A DNA stretch of 64,000 bases from NCBI GenBank assembly GCA_000002445.1, contig CH464491.1, forward strand, positions 1,088,001-1,152,000, in the 5' to 3' direction. The stretch is from Trypanosoma brucei. Taxonomy: Eukaryota. How positions within the stretch are numbered: position 1 is the stretch's first letter; each line of letters begins with the position of its first letter. The position numbers and the translations under genes were made by a program. Shown in pieces: positions 50,945 to 62,410 of this stretch. Under the pieces are notes generated by a model that had not been told where the DNA came from, ran no database searches, and was given only the letters and a program-made list of their open reading frames with translations.

Positions 50945-51590
50945 TGTGATTGCCAACAACTTACCGTGGGTGGAGGCTGTAGTAGAGTGCTGATTTTGAC
51001 ATTCATTCTCATTTGTGGCATCTTGTTCATCGGTGGTGCTGCTATCATTCGAAAGGTTTGTTGTCCGTGCGTCATGTGTGAGGACCGGAGGCTGTTGTGG
51101 CGATTACTCTGCGATGGGAAAATCACAAAAGTGGAAGGGGATATTTCTTGATTTGTATCTCTCTTCATTTCCTACTGGCATGGATTTGTTCTTGCACTTG
51201 AGGGGGAGGGGGTGTTGGTCCTCTGCAGCCGTATTTCTTCCTTTTATTTTCTTCCTTTTGATGACCAAAACTGCGTCGGCCGTGCCCGACGTTACGCTTC
51301 CGCCCCTCCTTTCCTTTTCTATGTTTGTGAGGTGGCTATTTCCCCCCCCCTCCGTTGCGTAGCGCTTGTTAACCTCATTACCTTTTGCTTGGCGTGACGC
51401 CAACTAATCGTTCCACCTAATTTTTTTGTTATTGCGGAACTTGTTTTACTCTCCGCTCATTTCTTGCGGTATATTGTTATTTTGTTGGGGGCGTTGTTGC
51501 CCATTTATCGTCGTCTTTTATTTCCTTTCGTCGTTTACGTTATCCTCAGGAGCACCGAGTTTGTACCTTTGTACCGCTTAGATTTTAGAG

Positions 51591-53780
51591 ATGGCAGCTA
51601 ACCGAAGTATATTTCTTTTTGTAGCGGAGGGATGTACACTGTGGGTACCGACACATGTACCAAATGAGAATGAGAACCAACCGGTCCACATGCTCAACTA
51701 CGCAAGTCCACGCGAACTTTCACGCTCTTTTCGCCTGTTTGATGAACCCATTCAACTTGTCGACGATCCCGTTGCCGCCGCTCGCATTAGCGGTGCCATG
51801 ACGCCAGCTGACGTAATTAAAGCTGTTAATGAGTTCCGTCGTGCATGTGCGGAGGATCATGACCTTCTCATGAAGAAGTGTTACAATTCCAATAAGCAGG
51901 TATCATCCGAGGTGCAGTTAGCTCCGCAGGCTTCTACCGGCCCAGCTCCGCAACCGCTGCTGACCAACACCATGGGTACCACAGGATCATATGGTGCTAG
52001 TCCGAATACTGGTGTTAGTACTCCCACTCCACTTACCAACCAGGCACTGCTGCTGATGATTTTGCAACAACAACAGCAACAGCAACAGCAACATCAGGCG
52101 GCAATGCTTTCTCAACCGTCGCCACTACATCAACCTCCCCCGATGAGTTTTAACAACCCATCCCTGATGGGCAGCGTCCCGCCTCCGATGGGTACTGGCG
52201 TGAATATGCCCATGGACAACCGTGGAATGGTGGCTCCACCCGTCCCTATGCCGTACGGTACACCATATTACATGATGAACCAACCGGTTTGTGGAGCTGG
52301 ACTCATGCCACCACCAATACAGTATGGTGGCTCCGCGTACGGCAAAGGTGGCCGAGGTTTAGGCAGGGGTGCCAGAGGCGGTCGCGGTGGAAACGCTCAC
52401 TGGTCGTTGTCGCCGTATGCGCGCAGCGAACCGGATCCACTGCCGCCCCTTGCCAACATACCACCGGACGTGTACGAAAACTATGTGAGAGGGGGCAGAG
52501 AACTTGTTTGTGCCACGATGCCGGGGCCACGTTGCACTGCCTGGGCACGGGAGCACACGGTGCCTACGAATAGAAGAGACACGCGCTATGTACATTGCCG
52601 GGGTGGTGTAGTGCTCATATTGAAGGCAAAGGCTTCGGATATAGAAAATAGCAAACCAGTGGAGCTCATTGATCAGCAGGTGTGCGCACACTTTGTTATT
52701 CATGGTTACTGCTCCCGCAACAACTGCATGCACCGACACTATACTGAACAGCAGTTGCGCGAGTTGATCGCCTCAAAAATTACAGAATTACGGGCTCTCA
52801 CGAAATCCCAGCGGCAGAACCTTAGCCTGGCGTTGCTCGAAAAAGAAAGAAGATCCTCTGTGGCAGCCCACGACGCGCGAGGTCTTCGTTCGGGTGGACA
52901 CGGCGAGAACAGCGGGAAGAACGATGAGGTGGTGAGGGATGCGGAGCCGTCAGTCCGTTCTCCCACTTCACCCCCAACACCACACTTGCAGTCGTTTAGT
53001 GGACATGCGGTTGCTGCTGCTGGTGGCTCTACCCATTCTGGTGGTGGGAATAACAGCAAAGCGAGGATAAGTGGCAAGTTCCTCAGCGGCGGCGTGGAGT
53101 GCGAGAGTGGCGACAGGGGACGTGGGGTCTCGAACTCTTCCCCTTCTCGACTAGAACCGGAAAAACAAGGACGTAAGCCCATGCATACGGTAGAAATTGG
53201 TGTTACAGACAGCAATAGCGATAACGGTGGCGATGACAATGACCTATTTACCGGATCGAACCGTTCCTCAACTGCCTCTGCCATGTCGGAAGGAGGTTTG
53301 GATATCTCGGTCGATAACGTTACGGCCGAGTCAAAAACGGCTCCGGACGAAATATCGGAAGCGAGCAAGGCAGCGTCACCAGCGGAGTCAAATATCCCCC
53401 CTGAGATACCCTCCGAGCTACCACAGGTTCAAGTGAATGGTATGGAAGTACCACACAATGAGGAGGGTGAGAGCGAAAACAAAGAGAGTTGTGAGAGCGG
53501 CACTAAAGAGGAGGGTGAGAAATCAGACCCCGTTCCCTCAACGTGTGCGGAGGTGAACAAGGTGCAAACAAAGGCAAGGCGGGGCCGCCGTGTTAAGGAC
53601 AGTGAGGAAAACACTGGCGAGGTCGCCGAGAATGCAGCAGAGGCAGAGGAAGCGGCTCCTGTAGGAGAGGGGGAGGAGGATACCAAGAAAGGTAAGACCA
53701 AAGGAAGTACAGCGGCTGCGAAGCGGTCCCGCTCCACCCCCTCGAAACCCTCTGCAACGAAAAAGAGGGAACGAAAATAG
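51591..53780 (+). CDS. Putative RNA-binding protein: CCCH-type zinc finger, RGG box, polyQ/Pro-rich low complexity, acidic/basic C-terminal tail
   Basis: ATG at 51591 verified. A polyQ run (QQQQQQQQQQH) is present, followed by the RGG motif GGRGLGRGARGGRGGN. The C-x8-C-x4-C-x3-H finger is CAHFVIHGYCSRNNCMHRH. The C-terminal KK/EE-rich tail ends in KKRERK. Confidence 0.6.
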   Translation: MAANRSIFLFVAEGCTLWVPTHVPNENENQPVHMLNYASPRELSRSFRLFDEPIQLVDDPVAAARISGAMTPADVIKAVNEFRRACAEDHDLLMKKCYNSNKQVSSEVQLAPQASTGPAPQPLLTNTMGTTGSYGASPNTGVSTPTPLTNQALLLMILQQQQQQQQQHQAAMLSQPSPLHQPPPMSFNNPSLMGSVPPPMGTGVNMPMDNRGMVAPPVPMPYGTPYYMMNQPVCGAGLMPPPIQYGGSAYGKGGRGLGRGARGGRGGNAHWSLSPYARSEPDPLPPLANIPPDVYENYVRGGRELVCATMPGPRCTAWAREHTVPTNRRDTRYVHCRGGVVLILKAKASDIENSKPVELIDQQVCAHFVIHGYCSRNNCMHRHYTEQQLRELIASKITELRALTKSQRQNLSLALLEKERRSSVAAHDARGLRSGGHGENSGKNDEVVRDAEPSVRSPTSPPTPHLQSFSGHAVAAAGGSTHSGGGNNSKARISGKFLSGGVECESGDRGRGVSNSSPSRLEPEKQGRKPMHTVEIGVTDSNSDNGGDDNDLFTGSNRSSTASAMSEGGLDISVDNVTAESKTAPDEISEASKAASPAESNIPPEIPSELPQVQVNGMEVPHNEEGESENKESCESGTKEEGEKSDPVPSTCAEVNKVQTKARRGRRVKDSEENTGEVAENAAEAEEAAPVGEGEEDTKKGKTKGSTAAAKRSRSTPSKPSATKKRERK

Positions 53781-56334
53781 AAGAGGAAGCAGTGTGTCTG
53801 GGCGAGCACAGTACTTAAGACGTATGTGAATCGGGAAAGGGGTAAATTAGGAGTCTGACAGAAGTGCACATGCGACTCCACCGGTTCTGTTTTTGCTTAC
53901 TTAATTGTTATTGTTATATACATATACATATATATATATATATGTATTCTGCATTTTCGTTTAACCAATAAGGTCAGAAGCACGTATGCATATATGTAAA
54001 TAAATATGATGATTTGTATTTTTCCGAATAAAATGTACCTAAACACAGGTGCATGCCTGACTGCGTCTATATATGCGTATCAACGTGCGGGGTGCAGCAT
54101 CATCCCTCTTTGTTTCTCCCACTCTTGAGCATATGTGTCCGTGCGCGAGGACAAAGAAGATGAGTGCAGGAGGAAGAGGACACGCAGAGGGTCGTGTGAT
54201 TGCCAGCTCACGAGGCGAGTTACCGGAGGGTGAACAAAATGGTCGAAATAAGCGTAGAATTCGGAAAGTTGTCGGGCATTGACGTAGGTATTTGGCTGGG
54301 TAATGTTTTATGTTTGTTTGTTCTGGATGGGGGAAGGGGAGAAATGGGAAGGGGGAGTGTGTCTTACTGTGCTTATGCTTCTCTGTTTCTTCGCGTGTGT
54401 GGCCCCTGTTTGTGAGCTTGTAGCTAGGAATAATGAATTGGGGCGCTGCGGGGTGAGGAAGTAGTGACGGGAAAAGGATGTGAAAGAAAAGGTGATCACA
54501 AGATGGTTGCCGCACCGCAGCGCCATCAGATGTACACGTGCAATAGCTGAAAATGGAATACAAGAGTATATGCTTAACTAAGAAAGTAAGCAGCACGTGT
54601 GACCCCGAAAGACATTTGCGCTGCCTTGCTCACCTTTTTTTTTTCGTAGTCGTGGGGTGCACCCCTATTGTTGCACCATTGTAAGAAATATTTTTTACGT
54701 GTATTTGTGCGTGTGTGTGTGAGAGAGAAAGTATGTGTGACGTGAGAGCGGAAGGTTAGTAAAGATGAGGTGGTGGTGGCAGGTTATGTTGGTCGTCGGT
54801 ACGGTTCAAAGTGAAATAAGCAGAAAAGCAAAATATCAACAGAAAAGAAGAGGGAAAATATAATGAAGTAACGGCGTGAGGTAAAGAAGGATAACAAGGT
54901 TTTGCGCTCGGTGGTTTGATTGTTTGTCTCCACCCGCCACCCATTCCTTTCTCTCCTTCTTTTCCCCTGGTTTTGAGTTGGTTATGTTGTGTGTGTGTGT
55001 GTGCCTCTTTGTTGTCTTTCTTATTACAAATATTACCATTATCATTACTGTCGCCGGTACTATAAATGTGTTTATCGTTACTATAATTTTTATTACTATA
55101 ATTTAATATTTTACTACTATTGTCGTTTCGTTATTATAATTGTTGTGGTTACTCAAAACGATACTAATAACCGGGGCCATTCGCATATGCAAACATATGC
55201 ATCTACACATCAACAAGCGCCCCACGTTTTGCGAATGCAAGAAACGCAAAACGCAAGCAAACACACACACAGAAAAAACAAATGCATACCGAATCTGAAT
55301 CAAATCCACACGTATATGGGCTGTTGACAATAGAGAAGGCAAAAGGAAGGAAATGTTAAGAGAGGAAATACATGTGTCTCACTTGATACATAAGCGCAAG
55401 TGAAACTCAAAAATGGGGCGGACGTATGAGGACGTTGCCAGGCATCTACGCATTACTGTGCGTGGCGTCCCGATGAATATATATGTATATATATATACAT
55501 ATATATCGAACCTTTTTCATCGCGCGACTGAGAGGTGGAGCACGAAGGAAAGTCAATGTGGACCTGCATCAGTTGACTCATGAGGAAAATGCAGCCTAGA
55601 AGAAATGGCGTCCTTTTTGGGGGGGGGGGGTTGTGGGAAGAGACGACGTGAGAGATAGTGAGGGAAAGGGGGATATGCAAGCATCGATGGTGTGGCACCA
55701 CAGACTTTTGATATGCTTCCACTGAACTACAAGCCGTGGTCATTTATTCTGCTCTGCTCGTTACCTTCTGCCTATTCCAACGCCTTGGGTTACTCATTGG
55801 TTTTGCTGTCGCTACGGTGGCTACCACGTGCACGTGCAAGCATTTATAGTGCCCACTTAAGCCCTTCTGCGGTAACAGAGAGAGGGAAGAAAAGGGAAAT
55901 TGGAGGTTGAAGCATGTGCTTGTGAACAAATTTCATTGATCCCGTACCCCGATATTGTTTGAAGTTTGTTTCAGTGTGGTTCCCTCAATATTTTTCATTG
56001 GTGTGTGTGTGTGGGGGGGGGGGGATATGGCGCCGCTCAGATTAATTGGCGACATGAAGTAGCACATGTGCGAGTGGAAGATACGGGGTCACAACTTCCG
56101 TATGTTTGAAAAAAAGATGTCGTTATAAAGGTGTCACTGTTTGTTTTTCGGTCTTATTTTCTCTTTACTTCCAAATGGCAACCCTCTTTTTTTTTTGGAT
56201 AGTTGCCCTATATCAATTTTAAAAGGCATCTATCGCGTAACACCCAGTTGTGGCGGTGTGCTCTTATCGAAACATAGTACAATCAGATACTACACGCTAG
56301 TAAACAAAAAAAAGAAATACAAAAGAGGAGGGAA

Positions 56335-57891
56335 ATGTACCGACGCGCCGTTGCTGCTGCCATACCCGCCGTCACTGCCAAGAATGCACGGTCAATCTCG
56401 CAGTACAACTTTGGTCAGAAACCCCTGACTGAGTCGTGGTCACCGACTGGCCGCTCAACTCCCGCGGCAGCCGGTTCTGCTGCGCAGTCAGCTGGCATTG
56501 GTGAGGCGAAGACGACGCTACTCCCTAATGGAACCCGAATCATCACGCAGCAGCGGGGTGGTCCTGTGGTGTCAATCGGTGCCTATATTCTTGCGGGTCC
56601 TGCTTACGATCCAGTTGGCTGTCCGGGCCTTCATCATCTGATGCATACCGCACTCACGACAAGCAACTACAATAACTCACTCTTCCAACTGGACCGCAGT
56701 ATTCGCAGTACTGGTGCTTCGTTCTCTCACTTTGAGAAAGATAAGTACTACATCGGGCTTCGACTTGATGCTCGTGTTGACATGTGGAAGAGTAATACAA
56801 GCGGTGCAACAAGCGATGCGAAGCGGTTTGATCTTAACCTCTTACAAGATACAATATTCACCGCGATTTCTGCTCCAAGATTCCACGAACCGGATTTGGA
56901 GCGCTTTCGGGACACAATTGATAACAACCTGAAGGAGTTACGTTGGCAGCGCCCAGCGCAGTATGCTATTCAACAACTTGAAACCGTTGCATTTTACAAG
57001 GAGCCGCTGGGTAACCCCCGCCACGTTCCAGAGTGGAGTAACGGGCGCATTACAAGCAAGGCTTTGCTCGATCAGTATGCCAGATATGTAACTCCAGATC
57101 GTGTCGTTGTTGCCGGTGTCAATATGGAGCACGATGAACTCGTCGCCGAGTATGAAAGCAACCCATATCCGCATTCTAGCAACGCCCCGCACCACGCCGC
57201 GTTTGCCAAGGGTCTGGGCAAACCTGCTTTTGACATCACGAATGAACACTCCCAGTACAGCGGCGGTGAACTCCACGAACACGAAGACCGGCCAAAGGAA
57301 ATGTGTACGAAACCAGATATGGACACCGAGACCGCCATTGCAGTCGGTTATCTTGCGTTTGGTCGCTCCAAAACGTCCTTGCAGCGCTATGTGGCCACTC
57401 TTGTTTACCAACAGCTGTTCAACATAGTCATCCACGACAGTTTACGCTACGAGCAAGATGTCGTGCTGGACGGTGTGCGATCGTTTTACCTACCGTATCA
57501 CTCTGCTGGACTTGTGGGATTCACCGCTATAACCTCGCCAGAAAATGCTGTGCCGCTGGTTAAAGCGACAATGAAGGGCATTCAGAACGTGAAATTTGAT
57601 AATGCAGCACTATTGGAAGCAGCCAAGCACCGCGCTGCGGTTGAACTAACAAGTCAGTGCTGGGATTCGTCTCGCGACATATGTGACTATCTGGGCACAA
57701 GTTTGTCTCTTGACGCCAAGGCTTCCAACTCAACACAATACTTAAATCCCTCAGAGGTGCTAGCGGCTGTTCGCAACGTCACAGCCAGTGAGTTGAAAGA
57801 AGTGAAAGAGTGCATGATGGGCTCAAAACCCTCACTGTTTGGGCACGGGGAGATGTTGGCCTTCCCTTCACTCCGTCAGTTGGGAGCGTAA
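56335..57891 (+). CDS. M16 (insulinase/pitrilysin) family inactive subunit: mitochondrial processing peptidase alpha-like or bc1 core-like
   Basis: ATG at 56335 verified. The N-terminus looks like a mitochondrial presequence (MYRRAVAAAIPAVTAKNARS). The M16 N-domain is TTLLPNGTRIITQQRGGPVVSIGAYILAGPAYD. At the active site HxxEH is replaced by LHHLMH (Glu to Met). Confidence 0.75.
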   Translation: MYRRAVAAAIPAVTAKNARSISQYNFGQKPLTESWSPTGRSTPAAAGSAAQSAGIGEAKTTLLPNGTRIITQQRGGPVVSIGAYILAGPAYDPVGCPGLHHLMHTALTTSNYNNSLFQLDRSIRSTGASFSHFEKDKYYIGLRLDARVDMWKSNTSGATSDAKRFDLNLLQDTIFTAISAPRFHEPDLERFRDTIDNNLKELRWQRPAQYAIQQLETVAFYKEPLGNPRHVPEWSNGRITSKALLDQYARYVTPDRVVVAGVNMEHDELVAEYESNPYPHSSNAPHHAAFAKGLGKPAFDITNEHSQYSGGELHEHEDRPKEMCTKPDMDTETAIAVGYLAFGRSKTSLQRYVATLVYQQLFNIVIHDSLRYEQDVVLDGVRSFYLPYHSAGLVGFTAITSPENAVPLVKATMKGIQNVKFDNAALLEAAKHRAAVELTSQCWDSSRDICDYLGTSLSLDAKASNSTQYLNPSEVLAAVRNVTASELKEVKECMMGSKPSLFGHGEMLAFPSLRQLGA

Positions 57892-58856
57892 TTACTTTTA
57901 TTTGTTAGCTAACACATTATTTACCCTCTTTCATTATTATTATTATTTTTATTTACGAATACAGATAAACATGAATAATATATATATTTTTAGTTAACGC
58001 ACACTAGTTTGTGTTGCGTAGAGGTGTATGTGTAGCACCTGGCTGGTTGGGGTAATGGATTAGAAAAAATTGTGAGTTGCTCCATTTAAGTGTGATTAAG
58101 GAATAGGGGCGTGGAAAAAAACAAAAGAAAGTAAGTAGGACGGAGGGATGGTAGTTAGTAGATGTATAGATCTTCGACAGGTGAGGGAAAGGGTGCGGAA
58201 GTCATGTTTTAACTGGCCGCGTATGCCTGTTTAACTTAAACAGATGGTCTGTTGTTTTTTTTTTTTGCACGCCTACCCGCTCCAAGAGGCGAATGATTTT
58301 TTTTTCCGAAATAGTCTCACGAATGTGTGCGCGTGTGTTTGTGTGTGTGTAGGGAACTGATGTGGTATTCTGTGGGGTGCCCCAAGTCCTGATTAACGTC
58401 TGGGAAAGCAAAAGTGGATGAACGTATTGAACACCGTTCTTAGTGCACTACTTCCATGTACTCCCGCTTGTGGGCGTATGTATGGTGTGGAGGTGTGTGT
58501 GTGTGTATGCAGGGGTGTCTGTGGATACATATATATATATGTGGGATGTGCTGGATATGTTCCCCTCCTTGACATGAATATGTTATTTCTTGTTTAACCT
58601 TTGTTGCCCAATTTAATTTAACTTGCTTGATTGCATTACTTCCATGCTGTTTCCCACCCCTCCCCCCACACGCGCACTGCCTTTATCCACTTCTTTACTC
58701 GTCCTCTCCTTTCCTTTATCACCGTTATGATTAGTCCACCGCCTGTCTGCAACTCTGCAAAGTGGTCAGGAGCGCTGGAACGTGTAGGAAGCAGGCGCGC
58801 GAGAAGGGGACGATTAAAACCAACGTTTTTTGTGTGTCTCCCATCCTGAAGAGCAA

Positions 58857-59798
58857 ATGTTGGATGGGAGGGAATTACGAGATAACATTTCGATTGCATT
58901 TCACAAGTCCGAATATGCAACCCCCTACGGAGACAACACCATTCCCGGCAACCACCCCGGTTACAGACACAAGCGACTCGGCCGTCAATACGCACCGGAC
59001 CCCGTTAATAGGGATTCACTGCGAGTAGACTTTTACGCTCCCGGAAATGGTGTACGCCTTGTCAACGCTCTTGCACCATCTGATTTTAACAGTATGCAAA
59101 ATTTACTGCTGGCACGTGATGCGCGCAACAATAATTATGTGCTAGACTCTGTGCGAGGCGGCAGGCGCCATTTTTGTGAGACCCGGGGAGCTGAAGAGCG
59201 ACACTTGCGTATGCGCCGCGCACTGAACTCACCCACATCAGGGCGAGCTGAACTCGTCCCCAGTTGTCGTGCCCCCGGGATGTACAATTACGAAAGGGGC
59301 GGTCCGTTAGTGCAAGCTATGCTGCAGAATCGCGAGCGGCAGAAAATGCTGCAGGAGGCGGGGAAGGCAATGGTAGCAGGACCACCCAATCATAACCCCT
59401 TGTACTTGGGGTTCATGTTCAGTCTGCCCAGCATCCAAGCGACCAACTCCCAGGTGGAACCATTAGCAGTCGAAACTACAGATCAAGTGGGGCCCACAGA
59501 CACGTGTGACTCGGCCACAGCCGTTGCCAAAGCAGAAGAAACGACAAAACTCCCGTCACCGACGCCGGGGCTTCCCCTGGAGCACTCGCCACCCGCTTAT
59601 CTCACGGGCATTGCTCCACAGCGACAACGACAGGCATACATGAGCACGCGCCGCGGTTGGTCCCCGATGCAGTTAATCACGAATGACAGCAAACCGTATA
59701 GGAAGAAACGGAAGGTAATGGAATCTGAGGCGAGTCGACTGGAGGATATCCGTCTTGTGGAACTGCTTCCAAAGATTAAGACAGAGGCCAAGAAATGA
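58857..59798 (+). CDS. Hypothetical protein
   Basis: The track start at 58830 is TTG, and the ATG is at 58857. The ORF is 313 aa. Its C-terminus is basic (RKKRKVMESEASRLEDIRL). Confidence 0.4.
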   Translation: MLDGRELRDNISIAFHKSEYATPYGDNTIPGNHPGYRHKRLGRQYAPDPVNRDSLRVDFYAPGNGVRLVNALAPSDFNSMQNLLLARDARNNNYVLDSVRGGRRHFCETRGAEERHLRMRRALNSPTSGRAELVPSCRAPGMYNYERGGPLVQAMLQNRERQKMLQEAGKAMVAGPPNHNPLYLGFMFSLPSIQATNSQVEPLAVETTDQVGPTDTCDSATAVAKAEETTKLPSPTPGLPLEHSPPAYLTGIAPQRQRQAYMSTRRGWSPMQLITNDSKPYRKKRKVMESEASRLEDIRLVELLPKIKTEAKK

Positions 59799-60664
59799 CG
59801 ATAGGGATGTGGTTGAATGAATAATGTCTTGATTATGGAGGAAAGGAATTGAGTAGTGGAGAGCGTAACGGTCCGAATGTAACTATGTAGTTAGACATGC
59901 GAAGAATGGGAAGAGGAAAGGAAAGATGCTATACCTTTTTTCTTTAACATTTGCCTTCTTTGGTATAGTACACATGCCCACACATGTGTAGCGGTCTGGA
60001 ATTTCTTTTCCCTTCAGTCCTTTGTAGCTTTACAACGTCGAATTATATGTTTATTGGAAACCTTCCCGTACCTTTGGTGCTATGATCTCTTGTCAGTATG
60101 TACATTTATGGTTAGTTTTGTTTCTACAGTTGTGGAACACCGGATGGTGAGTATATATGGGAAAGAGGGGCCCAGAGAAAGGCGAGAAAGGGAACAATAA
60201 GTCGATGGTGGCGAATCCTCAAATCCAACTACCGGAGATAACGTGGAGTTTGTGTATTGATGAGGGTCGCTAACCACTGTATCTGTATGTATTTCCCCAT
60301 ATCTATGTTTACCTATGTCACAAATGAGCTGCAGCAGAAAATAGTGATAGTAACCTGTGCTTCGGTATGCATGCCTTGTGCATGGCCAAAATATATGAAA
60401 GTCAAAAATGTTGTGTACTTAACTTTCCCCCTCTTTCTTTTCTTCCCCCTAACGGGCATTTCCACAACTGGTAGAGTGGCAGGTTCCCAGCAGTGTTGGC
60501 GACGACCGCTATCGTGTATAAGACATAAAGCAACGGATCATAAGGAGCGAAAAGCGACCTTGTGTTTTGTTTTTTAAAGGGGGAAAGAGGTACGGCAAGG
60601 GGAGTACAGAGGCAGATAGATCGTGACGTCGCATATCGTTAGGGGACATCAAAAGGAAACAAAA

Positions 60665-62410
60665 ATGTTGGCGTCATGGGCCGTGCCGCACAAACCCAAA
60701 ACCGATCAGCCCGGAAACGGTCAAGTAAAGGAAACTATGATTGCAAACAGGTCGCTTCGGAAAGAAGGCCCAGCAGGGGCGGGCAATGTAAAGGGGGCTG
60801 CAAACAGTACCCACCATTTGGCGAATGCTGTCGGTGATGCCGACGGTGGTCAAGGCGGTGCTGGCTCCCCGAAGGCAGCACCATCAACAGCAACAACTGA
60901 GAGTTTGAGAGTACCTCCTACTCCAACGATAAGGTTGAGTACCATCGGAGGAGAAACTTTCGATAAGAACGACATGGGACCACGACAAGAGCCTTCCACC
61001 ACATCAAGCAGCTCACCCAAAACTCGATCGGCGCGTGTCGCAGCTCATCTGGTACCCGCTGCATCTATGTCTGGAACGCTACGTCGCGAAAAAGAAGTGA
61101 TGGACCCTTCACTGTATCACCAGCTGTGCTACGAGCGCCTCATACGGCGACAGGATCCCTCGAAGGGTGTCGACAAAGCCAGGCAGAGTTATGTATATTA
61201 CAACCACCGTAGCAAGGGGTGTTACATCCCGCATGAAAAGGATCCCTCTGAGTTGACACTCACATACAACCACATGTACGACTTTGGTGACGGCTCTCGC
61301 TTTCTTGCGGCTGATGGCGAACCGCCGCGCGTTAACCCCAATATCGGAAGTGTACTCGATTGTAACTACAATGCCGCATCCAAAAGCGGTGCAAGCAGGG
61401 ACTACGCTAGGCTGCGTCCCAGCACCACTTCAGAACGAAGAGCTGCTAATGAGGTGTGTCGAATCGGGCTATCCACCACAAATGGGAAAAGAACGGTGGC
61501 AGTGGACTTGGCTCGCAGTTTGCAACTAAGCGATATACGACCTCAACCATTCCAGATTCGCAAGACCGTTGAGGACGTCATATCCAGTGATCTGCGTTGC
61601 GTGGAACGGGCCCGTGAGGGTATCAGTTCGGTCGTTGGGAAGGGGAAAGTGTTGTGGGCGGAGGTTCCAGAGAAGCTACAGGCCACCTTTAGTGAGGTTC
61701 AGGGTCGTTTTATATCTCCTGGAGCTGAAAGTCGCAGGGAAGATCGAAATGCAGCAGCAGGCTACAGAGCAGGCTCAACAACCCTGGCACAGAATGCCAA
61801 TGCAGTTAGTTACCTCCCGGCAAGTTCGTTACCGGATAGAGCTGAGGGAGCAACTTTGCCTACTCATGCCCCCCGGTCTACGAACTCTAAGTGTGGTCAG
61901 AGTCCCATGTCGAAGCCGGTGGCACTCACCGATCTCCCCGACCATGTGCTTTTGGGATTTACAGCCAATGTGTGCATGCCGAAAATTAACCAACGGGATG
62001 GTGAGGCAACTCTACCTCACACGCCACTGCGGGAAGAGTCCACAGAAAGTGAGGATGGCAATAATCTGAGAGGCACTTATGAGTCGACGTTGCAAGGTAC
62101 GGATCCAACAGGACTGAGAGGAACGACGAACCGGGGGTCCAATACGGTTCCCGAGCATGCACGGGCAAATGGGGGAGAGAAACTGCTTCCACTTGTTGCC
62201 TTGGCGCAGCTGCGTGATGCTGATTACTTTTTAACAACCGGGCCCAAGCCAGTTTCTGAAATAGTGAAGTTACTTGGACCGAAATGGCTGCCGGAGCGAC
62301 CACTGCCTTACGAGACGTCACGGCTCAGCTACTGCCGGAAATATGACATGGGTGACGCGAATCCCCCGCCTAACATGATTCACTGGACTTTGTCTAAGAA
62401 ACTATATTAG
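60665..62410 (+). CDS. Hypothetical Ser/Thr/Pro-rich protein
   Basis: The track start at 60623 is GTG, and the ATG is at 60665. It is a 581-aa uninterrupted ORF in the cluster orientation with a low-complexity N-terminal region. No recognisable domain. Confidence 0.45.
   Translation: MLASWAVPHKPKTDQPGNGQVKETMIANRSLRKEGPAGAGNVKGAANSTHHLANAVGDADGGQGGAGSPKAAPSTATTESLRVPPTPTIRLSTIGGETFDKNDMGPRQEPSTTSSSSPKTRSARVAAHLVPAASMSGTLRREKEVMDPSLYHQLCYERLIRRQDPSKGVDKARQSYVYYNHRSKGCYIPHEKDPSELTLTYNHMYDFGDGSRFLAADGEPPRVNPNIGSVLDCNYNAASKSGASRDYARLRPSTTSERRAANEVCRIGLSTTNGKRTVAVDLARSLQLSDIRPQPFQIRKTVEDVISSDLRCVERAREGISSVVGKGKVLWAEVPEKLQATFSEVQGRFISPGAESRREDRNAAAGYRAGSTTLAQNANAVSYLPASSLPDRAEGATLPTHAPRSTNSKCGQSPMSKPVALTDLPDHVLLGFTANVCMPKINQRDGEATLPHTPLREESTESEDGNNLRGTYESTLQGTDPTGLRGTTNRGSNTVPEHARANGGEKLLPLVALAQLRDADYFLTTGPKPVSEIVKLLGPKWLPERPLPYETSRLSYCRKYDMGDANPPPNMIHWTLSKKLY

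Noticed and set aside
52289-52739. Multiple overlapping ORFs in all frames inside the CCCH/polyQ gene
   Set aside because: This is a compositional artefact of the Q/P/G-rich repetitive coding sequence. Only the long 51591-53780 frame has domain content.
54005-54062. Possible C/D-box snoRNA (ATGATGA ... CTGA about 50 nt apart)
   Set aside because: Short motifs like these are expected by chance in 64 kb. I could not verify guide complementarity or a terminal stem. I kept it only as a comment within the spacer finding.
54039-54596. Minus-strand 185-aa ORF in the 53781-56334 spacer
   Set aside because: It runs opposite to the direction of a unidirectional polycistron. It has low-complexity, Cys/His-poor random-looking composition and no ATG-context support.
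2029-62410. ORF-track start coordinates taken at face value
   Set aside because: Thirteen of the 22 track ORFs begin at TTG or GTG (checked base by base, for example 8929 ttg, 17321 ttg, 35182 gtg, 40157 gtg). A eukaryotic nuclear genome needs ATG, so I moved those starts to the first in-frame ATG. The true N-termini still need SL-site mapping.
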